Shown here: positions 47,750 to 56,346 of the stretch, piece by piece
Numbering within the stretch: the first letter of the stretch is position 1
How the letters are laid out: each line of letters starts with the position of its first letter
Assembly: GCA_028712375.1 (NCBI GenBank)
Contig: JAQTQG010000001.1
Coordinates: 110,126-174,125 of the forward strand
Reading direction: 5' to 3'
Length of the DNA stretch: 64,000 nucleotides
Source of the DNA: Candidatus Omnitrophota bacterium
Lineage (GTDB): Bacteria > Omnitrophota > Gorgyraeia > Gygaellales > Profunditerraquicolaceae
Notes under the pieces: model-generated
The model's database searches: none
What the model was told of the DNA's origin: nothing
The model's input: the letters and a program-made list of their open reading frames with translations, nothing else
Made by a program: the position numbers and the translations under genes

Positions 47750-48694
47750 ATGAGAATAATATTTTTCGGCAGCGCACATTTTGGAACTTTAGCGCTTAAA
47801 GCGCTGATTAAAAGCCGGCATGAATTAGTCTGCGTAGTGACTCAACCGGATAAACAAAAAGGCAGGCATTTGCAGTTAGCAGCTACGGATGTTAAGAATA
47901 CGGCGTTGGCCTCCGGGCTTAAAATTTTTCAGCCGGAGAATATTAATAGTAAAGAAAGTGAAGAATTATTGCATAGCCTGGATGCGGATATTTTTGTCAT
48001 TGCGGCTTATGGCCAAATATTATCCCAGAAGATTCTGGATATTCCCAAGATTATGCCGGTTAATATTCATGCTTCGTTGCTGCCGCGTTACCGGGGTGCT
48101 GCTCCGATCAACTGGTCAATAATTAACGGTGATAAGAAAACCGGAGTTACGATAATGTATGTAACCCGAAAAATGGATTCCGGCCCGATAATTATGCAGA
48201 AAGAAGTAAGGATTGAGGATAAAGATACTGCTGTCAGCCTTGAGGAGAAGTTAAGTATTTGCGGGGCAGGCCTTTTAATGGAGGCATTGGCTATTATTGA
48301 TAGCCGTAATTATCGTCTAGTGGAGCAGGATGAAGAAAAAGTTATTTATGCTCCGAAGATGAAAAAAGATGTTGGTTTAATTGACTGGAATACTTCCGCG
48401 GTGAATATCCATAATCAGATAAAAGGAGTTGTTCCCTGGCCGGGAGCATTTACCAGTTATCGCAAGAAATTGCTTAAGATATTTCAGGCACAAGTTTTAC
48501 CGATATTCCCTGGGTATAAGCCTAGCCCCGGACAGGTAATCAGGGCTGATAAGCATGGTATTGTTGTGGCTTGCGCCAAAGGTTTTTTAGAGATTAAAGA
48601 ATTGCAGCTGGAAGCGGGAAAGCGTATGCCGGCTCAAAATTTCATTATTGGCCACAGGCTGGTTGCAGGGGAAATCTTAGGGGAAAACAAATAA
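47750..48694 (+). CDS. fmt: Methionyl-tRNA formyltransferase
   Basis: 314 aa. MRIIFFGS..FG, IAAYGQIL, NIHASLLPRYRGAAPI (formyltransferase SLLP motif), C-terminal Fmt domain. Confidence 0.9.
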   Translation: MRIIFFGSAHFGTLALKALIKSRHELVCVVTQPDKQKGRHLQLAATDVKNTALASGLKIFQPENINSKESEELLHSLDADIFVIAAYGQILSQKILDIPKIMPVNIHASLLPRYRGAAPINWSIINGDKKTGVTIMYVTRKMDSGPIIMQKEVRIEDKDTAVSLEEKLSICGAGLLMEALAIIDSRNYRLVEQDEEKVIYAPKMKKDVGLIDWNTSAVNIHNQIKGVVPWPGAFTSYRKKLLKIFQAQVLPIFPGYKPSPGQVIRADKHGIVVACAKGFLEIKELQLEAGKRMPAQNFIIGHRLVAGEILGENK

Positions 48695-48724
48695 TTTACG
48701 TCATTGCGGGATATTAGAAACTTA

Positions 48725-48752
48725 TTGCAACTTTTAGGGGTTCTGTTATAAT
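48725..48752 (+). promoter_or_regulatory. Candidate sigma70-type promoter TTGCAA-16-TATAAT with the -10 only 8 nt from the downstream ATG (possible leaderless transcript)
   Basis: TTGCAA at 48725-48730 and TATAAT at 48747-48752. The ATG of the downstream GalT-like gene is at 48761. No SD sequence fits between them. Confidence 0.3.
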
Positions 48753-48760
48753 ACTTTTCT

Positions 48761-49786
48761 ATGCCAGAATTAAGGAAAGATCCAATTATAGGTAGGTGGG
48801 TAATTATTGCCACTGAACGCGCGCGCCGCCCTGATCAGTTTGTTGGCCAGTTTAAGGAGCAGGAGGATGAGTCGGCCTGCCCATTTTGTGAAGGTAAGGA
48901 GGCAAATACGCCGCCTGAAATTTATGCTATCCGGCCGCGTAATTCCGCACATAATGGCCCGGGTTGGGATCTGCGCGTTATTCCCAGTATTTCTCCTTTT
49001 TTGAGGGTTGAAGGTGATCTTGACCGCCGCGGAAATGGTGTTTATGATGTAATGAACGGCGTGGGAGCGCATGAGATTGTTATTGAGACTAATCAGCATG
49101 TCGCTAATATGGCGGATTTAAGCGAGGAACAGATTGCCCGGGTGCTTAACTGCTATTCTGATAGAATCCTGGACTTAGAAAAAGATACCCGCCTGAAGTA
49201 TGTTTTAGTATTTAAAAATTACGGTAAGGGTTCCGGAGGCACGGGGATCAGGCATGCGCGTTCGCAATTAATTGCTACTCCGGTTAATCCTAAACGGGTA
49301 AAGGAAGAGCTAGCCGGAGCCCGGCTTTATTACGAGTATCATGAACGGTGCGTATTTTGCGATTTAATTAAACAGGAAATAGCACAAAAAGAACGTATCA
49401 TTCTGGATTATGACGGTTTTGTCGCGGTTAGCCCTTTTGCCGCCAGGTTTCCTTTTGAGACCTGGATTTTGCCTAAGAAGCACTGTAGTGATTTTACTTG
49501 TATGGATGCGCAGACCCGAAAAAATTTATCCCGGGTGCTTAAAGCGGTACTTTTAAAACTGAAAATCGGATTGAATGACCCGGATTATAATTATGTTATT
49601 CATACTGCGCCTTTTCGCCGGCAGAAAGTCGGTTATTGGAAAACTATTGACCAGGATTACCATTGGCATATCGAGATTATGCCGCGTTTAACTAAAGTGG
49701 CAGGTTTTGAATGGGGAACGGGTTTTTATATCTGCCCGCTTCCACCTGAAGATACAGCTAAGTTTTTAAGAGAGGTGGAGATTTAA
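48761..49786 (+). CDS. GalT-like HIT-superfamily nucleotidyltransferase paralog 1 (galactose-1-phosphate uridylyltransferase family), nucleophile His replaced
   Basis: 341 aa. CPFC zinc motif conserved. At the HPH active-site position it reads RHARSQ, whereas paralog 2 has HPHTQ. About 45% identical to the downstream paralog by eye. Confidence 0.65.
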   Translation: MPELRKDPIIGRWVIIATERARRPDQFVGQFKEQEDESACPFCEGKEANTPPEIYAIRPRNSAHNGPGWDLRVIPSISPFLRVEGDLDRRGNGVYDVMNGVGAHEIVIETNQHVANMADLSEEQIARVLNCYSDRILDLEKDTRLKYVLVFKNYGKGSGGTGIRHARSQLIATPVNPKRVKEELAGARLYYEYHERCVFCDLIKQEIAQKERIILDYDGFVAVSPFAARFPFETWILPKKHCSDFTCMDAQTRKNLSRVLKAVLLKLKIGLNDPDYNYVIHTAPFRRQKVGYWKTIDQDYHWHIEIMPRLTKVAGFEWGTGFYICPLPPEDTAKFLREVEI

Positions 49787-50787
49787 TGGGTGAATTAAGA
49801 AGAGACCCGGTGGTCGGCCGCTGGGTAATTGTAGATACAGATCGTCCAAAGAAGCCGGAAGATTTTAAATATGAACAACATATTCCCAATGGCGGTTTGT
49901 GCCCTTTTTGTTATGGTAATGAATTTATGACTCCGCCGGAAATAAGTTGTTTCCGTGACCCGGGTACAGGAGCCAATGCTCCGGGTTGGCAGGTGCGTGT
50001 GGTGGCTAATAAATTTCCTGCTTTGCAGATTGAAGGCGAGCTTGACCGCCGGGGATTAGGTATTTATGATATGTCTAACGGAATCGGCGCGCATGAAGTT
50101 TTAATTGAAAGCCCCTACCATAATAAAGATATTTCGGATCTCCTGCCTCAGGAAATTGAAAGTTACCTGAAGATGTGTTGTGTGCGTACGGCGGATTTAA
50201 GAAAAGACAGCCGTTTTAAATATATTATGGTTTTTCGTAATTATGGCTCAGCCGCAGGGGCATCTTTGGAGCATCCGCATACTCAGTTAGTTGCTTTGCC
50301 GATGGTGCCTAAAAATGCGTTGGAGGAAATTCGCGGAGCGCAGGATTATTATAATTACCGTGAACGTTGTATTTTTTGCGATATTATACGCCAGGAAATC
50401 CAGGATAAATCACGGATAATTTTAGAGAATAAATATTTTATTTCTTTTTGTCCTTTTGTTTCCCGGTTTCCCTTTGAGATTATGATTATGCCCAGGCAGC
50501 ATAGCAGTTATTTTTATCATATTTCCCCGGAGGAAACTGCGGCGCTGGCGCAAATCTTGAAGGATACTTTAACGAAACTAAAAAAAGTATTTGTAAATTT
50601 ATCATATAATTATATAATTCATTCTGCGCCTATTAATGGCGATGTGGGTGTAGAGTATTACCATTGGCATCTTGAAATTATGCCTAAGTTAACGCAAGTT
50701 GCAGGTTTTGAGTGGGGGACCGGTTTCTACCTAGATCCAACCTCTCCAGAGTTAGCCGCGCAATATTTAAAAGCCGTAAAAGACTAA
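49786..50787 (+). CDS. GalT-like HIT-superfamily nucleotidyltransferase paralog 2 (canonical HPH motif)
   Basis: 333 aa. CPFC, LEHPHTQLVALP, FEWGTGF motifs of the GalT family. Confidence 0.7.
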   Translation: MGELRRDPVVGRWVIVDTDRPKKPEDFKYEQHIPNGGLCPFCYGNEFMTPPEISCFRDPGTGANAPGWQVRVVANKFPALQIEGELDRRGLGIYDMSNGIGAHEVLIESPYHNKDISDLLPQEIESYLKMCCVRTADLRKDSRFKYIMVFRNYGSAAGASLEHPHTQLVALPMVPKNALEEIRGAQDYYNYRERCIFCDIIRQEIQDKSRIILENKYFISFCPFVSRFPFEIMIMPRQHSSYFYHISPEETAALAQILKDTLTKLKKVFVNLSYNYIIHSAPINGDVGVEYYHWHLEIMPKLTQVAGFEWGTGFYLDPTSPELAAQYLKAVKD

Positions 50788-50870
50788 TAATATTAATCTA
50801 AAATAGGTAGAGTATAGCAGCCCAGGGTTTAGTAAAATTATTATTAATTAAAATTAAGAGGAGGAGTAAG

Positions 50871-51923
50871 ATGGCGGTAAAAGTCGGAATCAATGGTTTT
50901 GGAAGGATTGGCCGTTTAGTGGCTCGGGCAATTTTGGAGAAAAATAGTAAAGATATTGAACTGGTAGCAATCAATGATTTAACGGATGCTAAAAGTAATG
51001 CCTATCTTTTTAAATATGATTCTGTGCATGGGCGTTTTAATGGTGAGGTTAAAGCTACCGCTGATGATGTGATTTCAGTTAATGGCAAAGAAATTAAAGT
51101 TTTAAGCAAGAGAGACCCTTCGGAACTTCCCTGGAAAGATTTGGGGGTTGAGATCGTCGTGGAGTCAACGGGATTATTTACCGTTAAAAAAGACGGAGTA
51201 AATAAGAAGGGCAAGGAAGTTAAGGGTGCAGAGAACCATATTACTAAAGGCGGTGCCAAGAAAGTTATTATTTCTGCTCCGGCTGAGGGTGAGGATATAA
51301 CTATTGTTTTAGGAGTAAATGAATCAAAATATGACCCTAAAAACCACCACGTGATTTCCAATGCTTCTTGTACCACTAACTGTCTTGCACCAGTGGCTAA
51401 AATAATGCAGGATAATTGGGGGATAGTTAAGGGTTTAATGACTACGATCCATTCCTATACTAACGACCAAAAAGTGCAGGATATGGCGCATTCTGATTTA
51501 CGCCGTTCACGCGCTGCCGCGGTTTCCATGATTCCTACATCTACCGGTGCCGCTAAGGCTATATCGTTGGTCATTCCGGAATTAAAAGGGAAGCTCGACG
51601 GTTTTGCTATCCGTGTTCCCACTCCGAACGTATCGGTCGTAGACTTAACCGTGACTTTGGCTAAAAAAGCAACGGCTGAAGAATTGAATGCTGCTTTTAA
51701 GGCCGCCGCGGAAGGAAAGATGAAAGGCATACTTGGATATACCGAGGATCCGGTGGTTTCGATAGATTTTAACCACTGTCAATTAAGTTCGATTCTTGAT
51801 GCCAAGCTCACCAAGGTTATTCAGGATGATTTCGTCAAAGTTCTTTCCTGGTATGATAATGAATGGGGTTATTCCAATCGCGTAGTAGATCTGTGCGAGT
51901 ATATTGTTAAAAAGGGGTTATAA
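50871..51923 (+). CDS. gap: Glyceraldehyde-3-phosphate dehydrogenase (type I)
   Basis: 350 aa. [20 protein letters not shown] active site. An insertion of about 12 residues ([16 protein letters not shown]) relative to typical GapA. AAGAGGAGGAG RBS. Confidence 0.9.
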   Translation: MAVKVGINGFGRIGRLVARAILEKNSKDIELVAINDLTDAKSNAYLFKYDSVHGRFNGEVKATADDVISVNGKEIKVLSKRDPSELPWKDLGVEIVVESTGLFTVKKDGVNKKGKEVKGAENHITKGGAKKVIISAPAEGEDITIVLGVNESKYDPKNHHVISNASCTTNCLAPVAKIMQDNWGIVKGLMTTIHSYTNDQKVQDMAHSDLRRSRAAAVSMIPTSTGAAKAISLVIPELKGKLDGFAIRVPTPNVSVVDLTVTLAKKATAEELNAAFKAAAEGKMKGILGYTEDPVVSIDFNHCQLSSILDAKLTKVIQDDFVKVLSWYDNEWGYSNRVVDLCEYIVKKGL

Positions 51924-51932
51924 AAGCATATT

Positions 51933-52011
51933 GTCATGGCGAGGAGCGAAGCGGCTAAGCAATTAAAAAAAGAGCAAGATTGCTTAGGGCACTAGGTGCC
52001 ATCGCCATGAC
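51933..52011 (+). other. Nested stem-loop in the gap-pgk intergenic region (outer 10-bp stem GTCATGGCGA/TCGCCATGAC enclosing an inner 9-bp stem CTAAGCAAT/ATTGCTTAG)
   Basis: Inverted repeats read directly from the sequence. Not followed by a U-tract. The pgk RBS and start follow at 52022-52033. Confidence 0.5.
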
Positions 52012-52030
52012 AAAGAATATTGGAGAGCAG

Positions 52031-53209
52031 ATGTCAAAATTGACCTTAAAAGATATTGATTTAAAAAATAAAACAGTTTTGGTGCGGGCGGATTTTAATG
52101 TGCCGCAGGATGCCGATCTTAAGATTACCGACGATACGCGTATTCGTGCCACGCTGCCCACTTTAAAATATATTTTAGAACAAGGGGCCAAGAAATTAGT
52201 GATCATAAGCCACTTGGGGCGCCCGGACGGAAAAGTTGCAGCCAAATACAGCCTTAAGCCGGTAAGCCTGCGTTTAAAAGAGCTTATGGGCGAGGATGTA
52301 TTGTTCCTTAGCGAGTGTGTCGGCGATGATATTAAGCCGGCAATCGATAAATCCCGGGAAAAGGTCATTTTGCTTGAGAATTTACGTTACCATGCCGAAG
52401 AGGAAGCAAATGACGCAGGTTTCGCGAAAAAGTTAGCCAGTGTAGCGGATATCTTTGTCAATGATGCTTTTGGCACAGCCCACCGGGCACATGCTTCGAC
52501 CGAAGGGGTAACACATTTTCTAAAATCCGCCGCAGGTTTTCTTCTAGAGAAAGAAATTAAATATATCGGCGGCGCAGTGAGTAACCCGGCTAAGCCTTTT
52601 GTGATAATTTTAGGGGGAGCGAAAGTTTCAGATAAAATAGGGATGATCGAAAACTTGCTTCCTAAGTGCGATGCGGTAATTATCGGCGGCGGGATGGCGT
52701 ATACTTTTTTAAAAGCGCAAGGCGAACCGATTGGTAATTCTAAACTGGAGAAAGAAAAATTAGAATTAGCCAAATCTATTCTTGAACAAGCAAAAACATT
52801 AAAAAAAGATGTTTTATTGCCGGTTGATCATCTGGTGGTTGATGCTGTGGATGTTAAAGCTCAAGTGCAGACAGTTGACCGGATACCTGATGGTAAGATC
52901 GCCGTGGATATTGGGCCCAAGACCATTAAGTTGTTTGAAGAAAAGTTAAAATCCGCCCAGACCATTGTTTGGAACGGCCCTTTAGGGATTTTTGAGATGG
53001 AGCCTTTCAGCCGCGGTACGCAGGCGGTAGCTAACTTTATCGGGGCCTTGAAAGCTATATCCATAATCGGCGGAGGGGATACGGCTGCGGCGATTGCGAA
53101 GTTTAATTTAGAAGATAAAATGTCACATATTTCAACGGGAGGAGGGGCAAGCCTGGAGTTTTTAGAAGGGAAAAATTTACCCGGGATTGCTGCGCTTACG
53201 GACAAATGA
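52031..53209 (+). CDS. pgk: Phosphoglycerate kinase
   Basis: Start set at ATG 52031 (MSKLTLKDIDLKNKTVLVRADFNVP matches the canonical PGK N-terminus) with a GGAGAG RBS. The track ORF at 51980 would run through the upstream hairpin. Confidence 0.9.
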   Translation: MSKLTLKDIDLKNKTVLVRADFNVPQDADLKITDDTRIRATLPTLKYILEQGAKKLVIISHLGRPDGKVAAKYSLKPVSLRLKELMGEDVLFLSECVGDDIKPAIDKSREKVILLENLRYHAEEEANDAGFAKKLASVADIFVNDAFGTAHRAHASTEGVTHFLKSAAGFLLEKEIKYIGGAVSNPAKPFVIILGGAKVSDKIGMIENLLPKCDAVIIGGGMAYTFLKAQGEPIGNSKLEKEKLELAKSILEQAKTLKKDVLLPVDHLVVDAVDVKAQVQTVDRIPDGKIAVDIGPKTIKLFEEKLKSAQTIVWNGPLGIFEMEPFSRGTQAVANFIGALKAISIIGGGDTAAAIAKFNLEDKMSHISTGGGASLEFLEGKNLPGIAALTDK

Positions 53210-53979
53210 GAAAACCGATTATTGCGGGAAACTGGAAAATGTATAAAACGATCAATGAAGCTATTGATCTGGCTAATGGGTTAAAACGCGAATTTTTTAA
53301 GTTAGATTTTGCCAAAGTAGATGCAGTATTATGCCCGGCATTTACCGCTTTAAGTGAAGTGGCCGAAGTATTGAATGAAACGGATATCGGTTTAGGTGCC
53401 CAGGATGTTTATTGGCAGGATGAGGGGGCTTTTACCGGTGAGGTTTCTCCGGCGATGTTGAAGGATGCGGGTTGCCAGTATGTGATTATCGGGCACTCCG
53501 AGCGCAGGCAGTTTTTCGGCGAAACCAATGAAGCGGTAAATAAAAAAATCAAAGCCAGTTTAAAACACGGATTGGCTCCGATTATTTGTGTTGGCGAAAA
53601 TTTGCAGGAAAGAGAATCTAACCAGACTTTTAAAGTTATTCAGGACCATGTTCAGGGTAGTCTGTCTGGTATCAGCGCGGATGATTTGGCAAAAACTGTG
53701 ATTGCTTATGAGCCGGTTTGGGCGATTGGGACGGGTAAAACCGCTACTCCGGAACAGGCGCAGGAAGTGCATAAATACATACGGGACTTATTAGCTAATT
53801 TGTATAATCAGGAGGTTGCTGATAGTATCAGGATTCAGTATGGCGGAAGCGTGAAGCCTGAAAATATTACAGAGTTAATTGGAAAACCTGATGTTGATGG
53901 TGCCCTGGTGGGTGGAGCGAGTTTAAAGGTGGATAGTTTTAGCGTAATCGTTATGCGAGCCAGCGAGGTTGTAAAATGA
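53206..53979 (+). CDS. tpiA: Triosephosphate isomerase
   Basis: 257 aa. IAGNWKM, IIGHSERR, AYEPVWAIGTG motifs. ATGA overlap with pgk. Confidence 0.9.
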   Translation: MRKPIIAGNWKMYKTINEAIDLANGLKREFFKLDFAKVDAVLCPAFTALSEVAEVLNETDIGLGAQDVYWQDEGAFTGEVSPAMLKDAGCQYVIIGHSERRQFFGETNEAVNKKIKASLKHGLAPIICVGENLQERESNQTFKVIQDHVQGSLSGISADDLAKTVIAYEPVWAIGTGKTATPEQAQEVHKYIRDLLANLYNQEVADSIRIQYGGSVKPENITELIGKPDVDGALVGGASLKVDSFSVIVMRASEVVK

Positions 53980-54347
53980 TGACATTTTTGATAGCGATAC
54001 ATGTAACGGCTTGTGTGGTTTTAATTGTTTTAGTCCTGATTCAGCGCGGAAGAGGTGCGGGGTTGGTAGAGAGTTTTGCCGGGGTTGAGTCGATGTTTGG
54101 CACTAAGACCAGCGTTTTTTTAACCCGTACGACCACTATTATGTCGGTAGTTTTTTTTATCACTTGTTTAGCTTTGGCAGTTTTATCGGTTAAGCAGAGT
54201 AAGTCTTTAATGCGTAATATTCAGCCTGAAGCAGTTAAAACTTCTGAGGCCGATAAGGCCCAACCAGTTAAAACTGAAGCAGGCAAGGATCAGGCCGCTG
54301 CTGTTACAGCAGAAAAAGTGAATCCTGATGCGGCAAAAGCCCAATAA
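53976..54347 (+). CDS. secG: Preprotein translocase subunit SecG with an extended low-complexity C-terminal tail
   Basis: 123 aa. Two TM helices with the conserved LVLIQRGRGAG motif. A-, K- and Q-rich tail of about 45 aa. Conserved position after tpiA. Confidence 0.7.
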   Translation: MMTFLIAIHVTACVVLIVLVLIQRGRGAGLVESFAGVESMFGTKTSVFLTRTTTIMSVVFFITCLALAVLSVKQSKSLMRNIQPEAVKTSEADKAQPVKTEAGKDQAAAVTAEKVNPDAAKAQ

Positions 54348-54360
54348 CAATCTTAATAAA

Positions 54361-54426
54361 AGAGACCGTTTCTATTTTTTTTCCGAGAATAGTCCTAGAA
54401 AAATAGAAACGGTCTTTTTTATTTTT
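54361..54426 (+). terminator. Rho-independent terminator after secG (16-bp perfect stem GACCGTTTCTATTTTT/AAAAATAGAAACGGTC followed by a T-run)
   Basis: Perfect inverted repeat 54364-54379 and 54399-54414, followed by TTTTTTATTTTT. Confidence 0.7.
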
Positions 54427-54450
54427 AACCGACTCCTTTAATCTTTTGGT

Positions 54451-55596
54451 ATGAAAAATAAAAATCTCTTTTGGGTATTTGCTTTGAGCAGCGCGGTTTA
54501 TTTTACGCAAGGTATAGAAGGGCTGCCTGCGCAAAGCCTGTTTTATTATTTTAAGGAGACGCTAAAATTTCCTGCTGAAAAAATTATGTTCATCAGCAGC
54601 CTGACTGCTTTTGCCTGGCTGGTTAAGCCTTTGATTGGCTATTTAGTGGATAGTTTGTTCAGTAAGCGGGCATGGATATTTATTTCATTAGCTTTAGATA
54701 TAGTTTTTGTTTTATTGTTAGGGTTGCTGCAAATGCCATTTTTTATTTTATTGGCTTTGTTGTTGGTTAGTTCCGGTAGTGCAGCGTTCCGTGATGTAGC
54801 TACTGATGGAATTATGTGCGTGGAAGGCAAGAAGTACCAGGTTACCGGTAAAATTCAGAGTATCCAGTGGGCATCTCTTTTAGCCGCCGGTATTTTCACT
54901 GGTTTAGGCGGGGCTTTTATTGCCCAGCATTGGGGTTATCAGGCAGGGTTTCTCTGTTTAATACCGGTTTATTTACTGGTAGGGTTACCGGTGTGCCTAT
55001 ACCGTGAGGAAATACTGGAAAGAAGGAAATCGACTTTATTCGCAGATTTAAGGGTGCTTTTTAGCAGCAAAGAGATTTTGATTATCGGTTTATTTATATT
55101 TTTATATAAATATGCTCCTTCTTTTGGCACTCCATTATTTTATATCCAACGCGATAGCTTTAAGTGGGATAAAATGTGGATTGGGATGTTATCTACATTG
55201 AGCATAGTGTTTGGTATTATTGGAGCATTGCTTTATTACAGGTTTAGCCAGAAAATAAATATTAAGAAATGGTTGTATTATTCAGTATTTCTCGGAGGCT
55301 TAACTACGTTAAGCTACCTGTATTATACTCCGGTAACCGCGGTAGTATATGATATAGTTTATAGCCTTTTAGGAATGTTTATATTCTTGATGATTATGGA
55401 TTTTATGGCGCGCCATTCGGTGAAGGGCTTGGAAGCCACTTCGTTTGCTTTTCTGTGCAGTTTAAATAATTTAGCCGGGGTGACTGGTAATTTATCCGGA
55501 GCTTTTTTGCTTCCGCTTATTGGATTAAAGTGGCTGATTGTTTTGTCGGCGTTTACCAGCTTCCTTTGTTTGTTGCTGATTAATAAGATAGAATAG
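54451..55596 (+). CDS. Polytopic membrane transporter (MFS-like; possibly folate-biopterin transporter family)
   Basis: 381 aa with about 11-12 hydrophobic helices. N-terminal segment FTQGIEGLPAQSLFYYFKETLKF resembles BT1/MFS transporters. No firm family call. Confidence 0.4.
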   Translation: MKNKNLFWVFALSSAVYFTQGIEGLPAQSLFYYFKETLKFPAEKIMFISSLTAFAWLVKPLIGYLVDSLFSKRAWIFISLALDIVFVLLLGLLQMPFFILLALLLVSSGSAAFRDVATDGIMCVEGKKYQVTGKIQSIQWASLLAAGIFTGLGGAFIAQHWGYQAGFLCLIPVYLLVGLPVCLYREEILERRKSTLFADLRVLFSSKEILIIGLFIFLYKYAPSFGTPLFYIQRDSFKWDKMWIGMLSTLSIVFGIIGALLYYRFSQKINIKKWLYYSVFLGGLTTLSYLYYTPVTAVVYDIVYSLLGMFIFLMIMDFMARHSVKGLEATSFAFLCSLNNLAGVTGNLSGAFLLPLIGLKWLIVLSAFTSFLCLLLINKIE

Positions 55597-55634
55597 ATTA
55601 AATAAAGGGATGGTTATCTTGAACTGGTTTTAGA

Positions 55635-55662
55635 ATAAGAGAACTGTTCTCTTTATTTTGGA
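55635..55662 (+). terminator. Possible rho-independent terminator (AAGAGAAC/GTTCTCTT hairpin followed by TATTTTG)
   Basis: Short inverted repeat with U-rich tail downstream of the transporter gene. The stem is short. Confidence 0.3.
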
Positions 55663-55709
55663 TAGTTCGTTGAGGATATTAGGAAAGTAGATTACCCTAA
55701 TTATTTCTA

Positions 55710-55738
55710 TTGCCATTTTATGGACTATTCTATATAAT
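55710..55738 (+). promoter_or_regulatory. Candidate sigma70 promoter TTGCCA-17-TATAAT, -10 element 8 nt before the marC ATG
   Basis: TTGCCA at 55710-55715, 17-nt spacer, TATAAT at 55733-55738. ATG at 55747. Confidence 0.3.
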
Positions 55739-55746
55739 AATTAATC

Positions 55747-56346
55747 ATGATGGAAGCGCTTAAGCCCTATATACTTAGCTTTGTTCCGCTGTTTGTGGCG
55801 GTGGATGCGATTGCTAATATTCCTATTTTTTTGTCTTTGGTTGAACATACTTCCAAACCGGCCAGAAGAAAGACTGTTCGGGAGGCAGTAATTACTGCCA
55901 CCGCAGTAGCGATCATTTTTATGTTTGTCGGTAAATGGGTTTTTGCTTTGCTGGGCGTGACAATTCCTGATTTTCAAATTGCCGGCGGCGTACTTTTATT
56001 TGTGATTGCCGTGCGCCTTCTGTTGCCCGGAGCACAGAAAAGCGTTCTAACTAGTTGTCCGGATAAAAGTATGGGAGTATTTCCACTAGGCACGCCATTG
56101 ATTACCGGGCCGGCAGTTTTGACCACTACGCTGATGATGATGAATAGCTATGGCACTTGGGCGACCCTGGTGGCAGTAATATTAAATATGTTTTTTGTTT
56201 GGGTTTCCTTGCTTAAGGCCGATTTGATTATGAAAGTTGTCGGGCCAAATGGTACGCGGGCATTCTCTAAAATAATGTATATATTGTTAGTAGCCATTGC
56301 GGTAATGATGGTTCGCCATGGCATAACCGGGGCATTTTTACAATGA
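55747..56346 (+). CDS. marC: MarC family (UPF0056) integral membrane protein
   Basis: 199 aa, 6 TM helices. The N-terminus (YILSFVPLFVAVDAIANIPIFLSL) matches the MarC family signature. Confidence 0.7.
   Translation: MMEALKPYILSFVPLFVAVDAIANIPIFLSLVEHTSKPARRKTVREAVITATAVAIIFMFVGKWVFALLGVTIPDFQIAGGVLLFVIAVRLLLPGAQKSVLTSCPDKSMGVFPLGTPLITGPAVLTTTLMMMNSYGTWATLVAVILNMFFVWVSLLKADLIMKVVGPNGTRAFSKIMYILLVAIAVMMVRHGITGAFLQ

Noticed and set aside
51980-52030. Upstream 17-codon extension of pgk as given in the ORF track (start 51980)
   Set aside because: The extension runs through the intergenic nested hairpin and lacks an RBS. The ATG at 52031 gives the canonical PGK N-terminus with a GGAGAG RBS.
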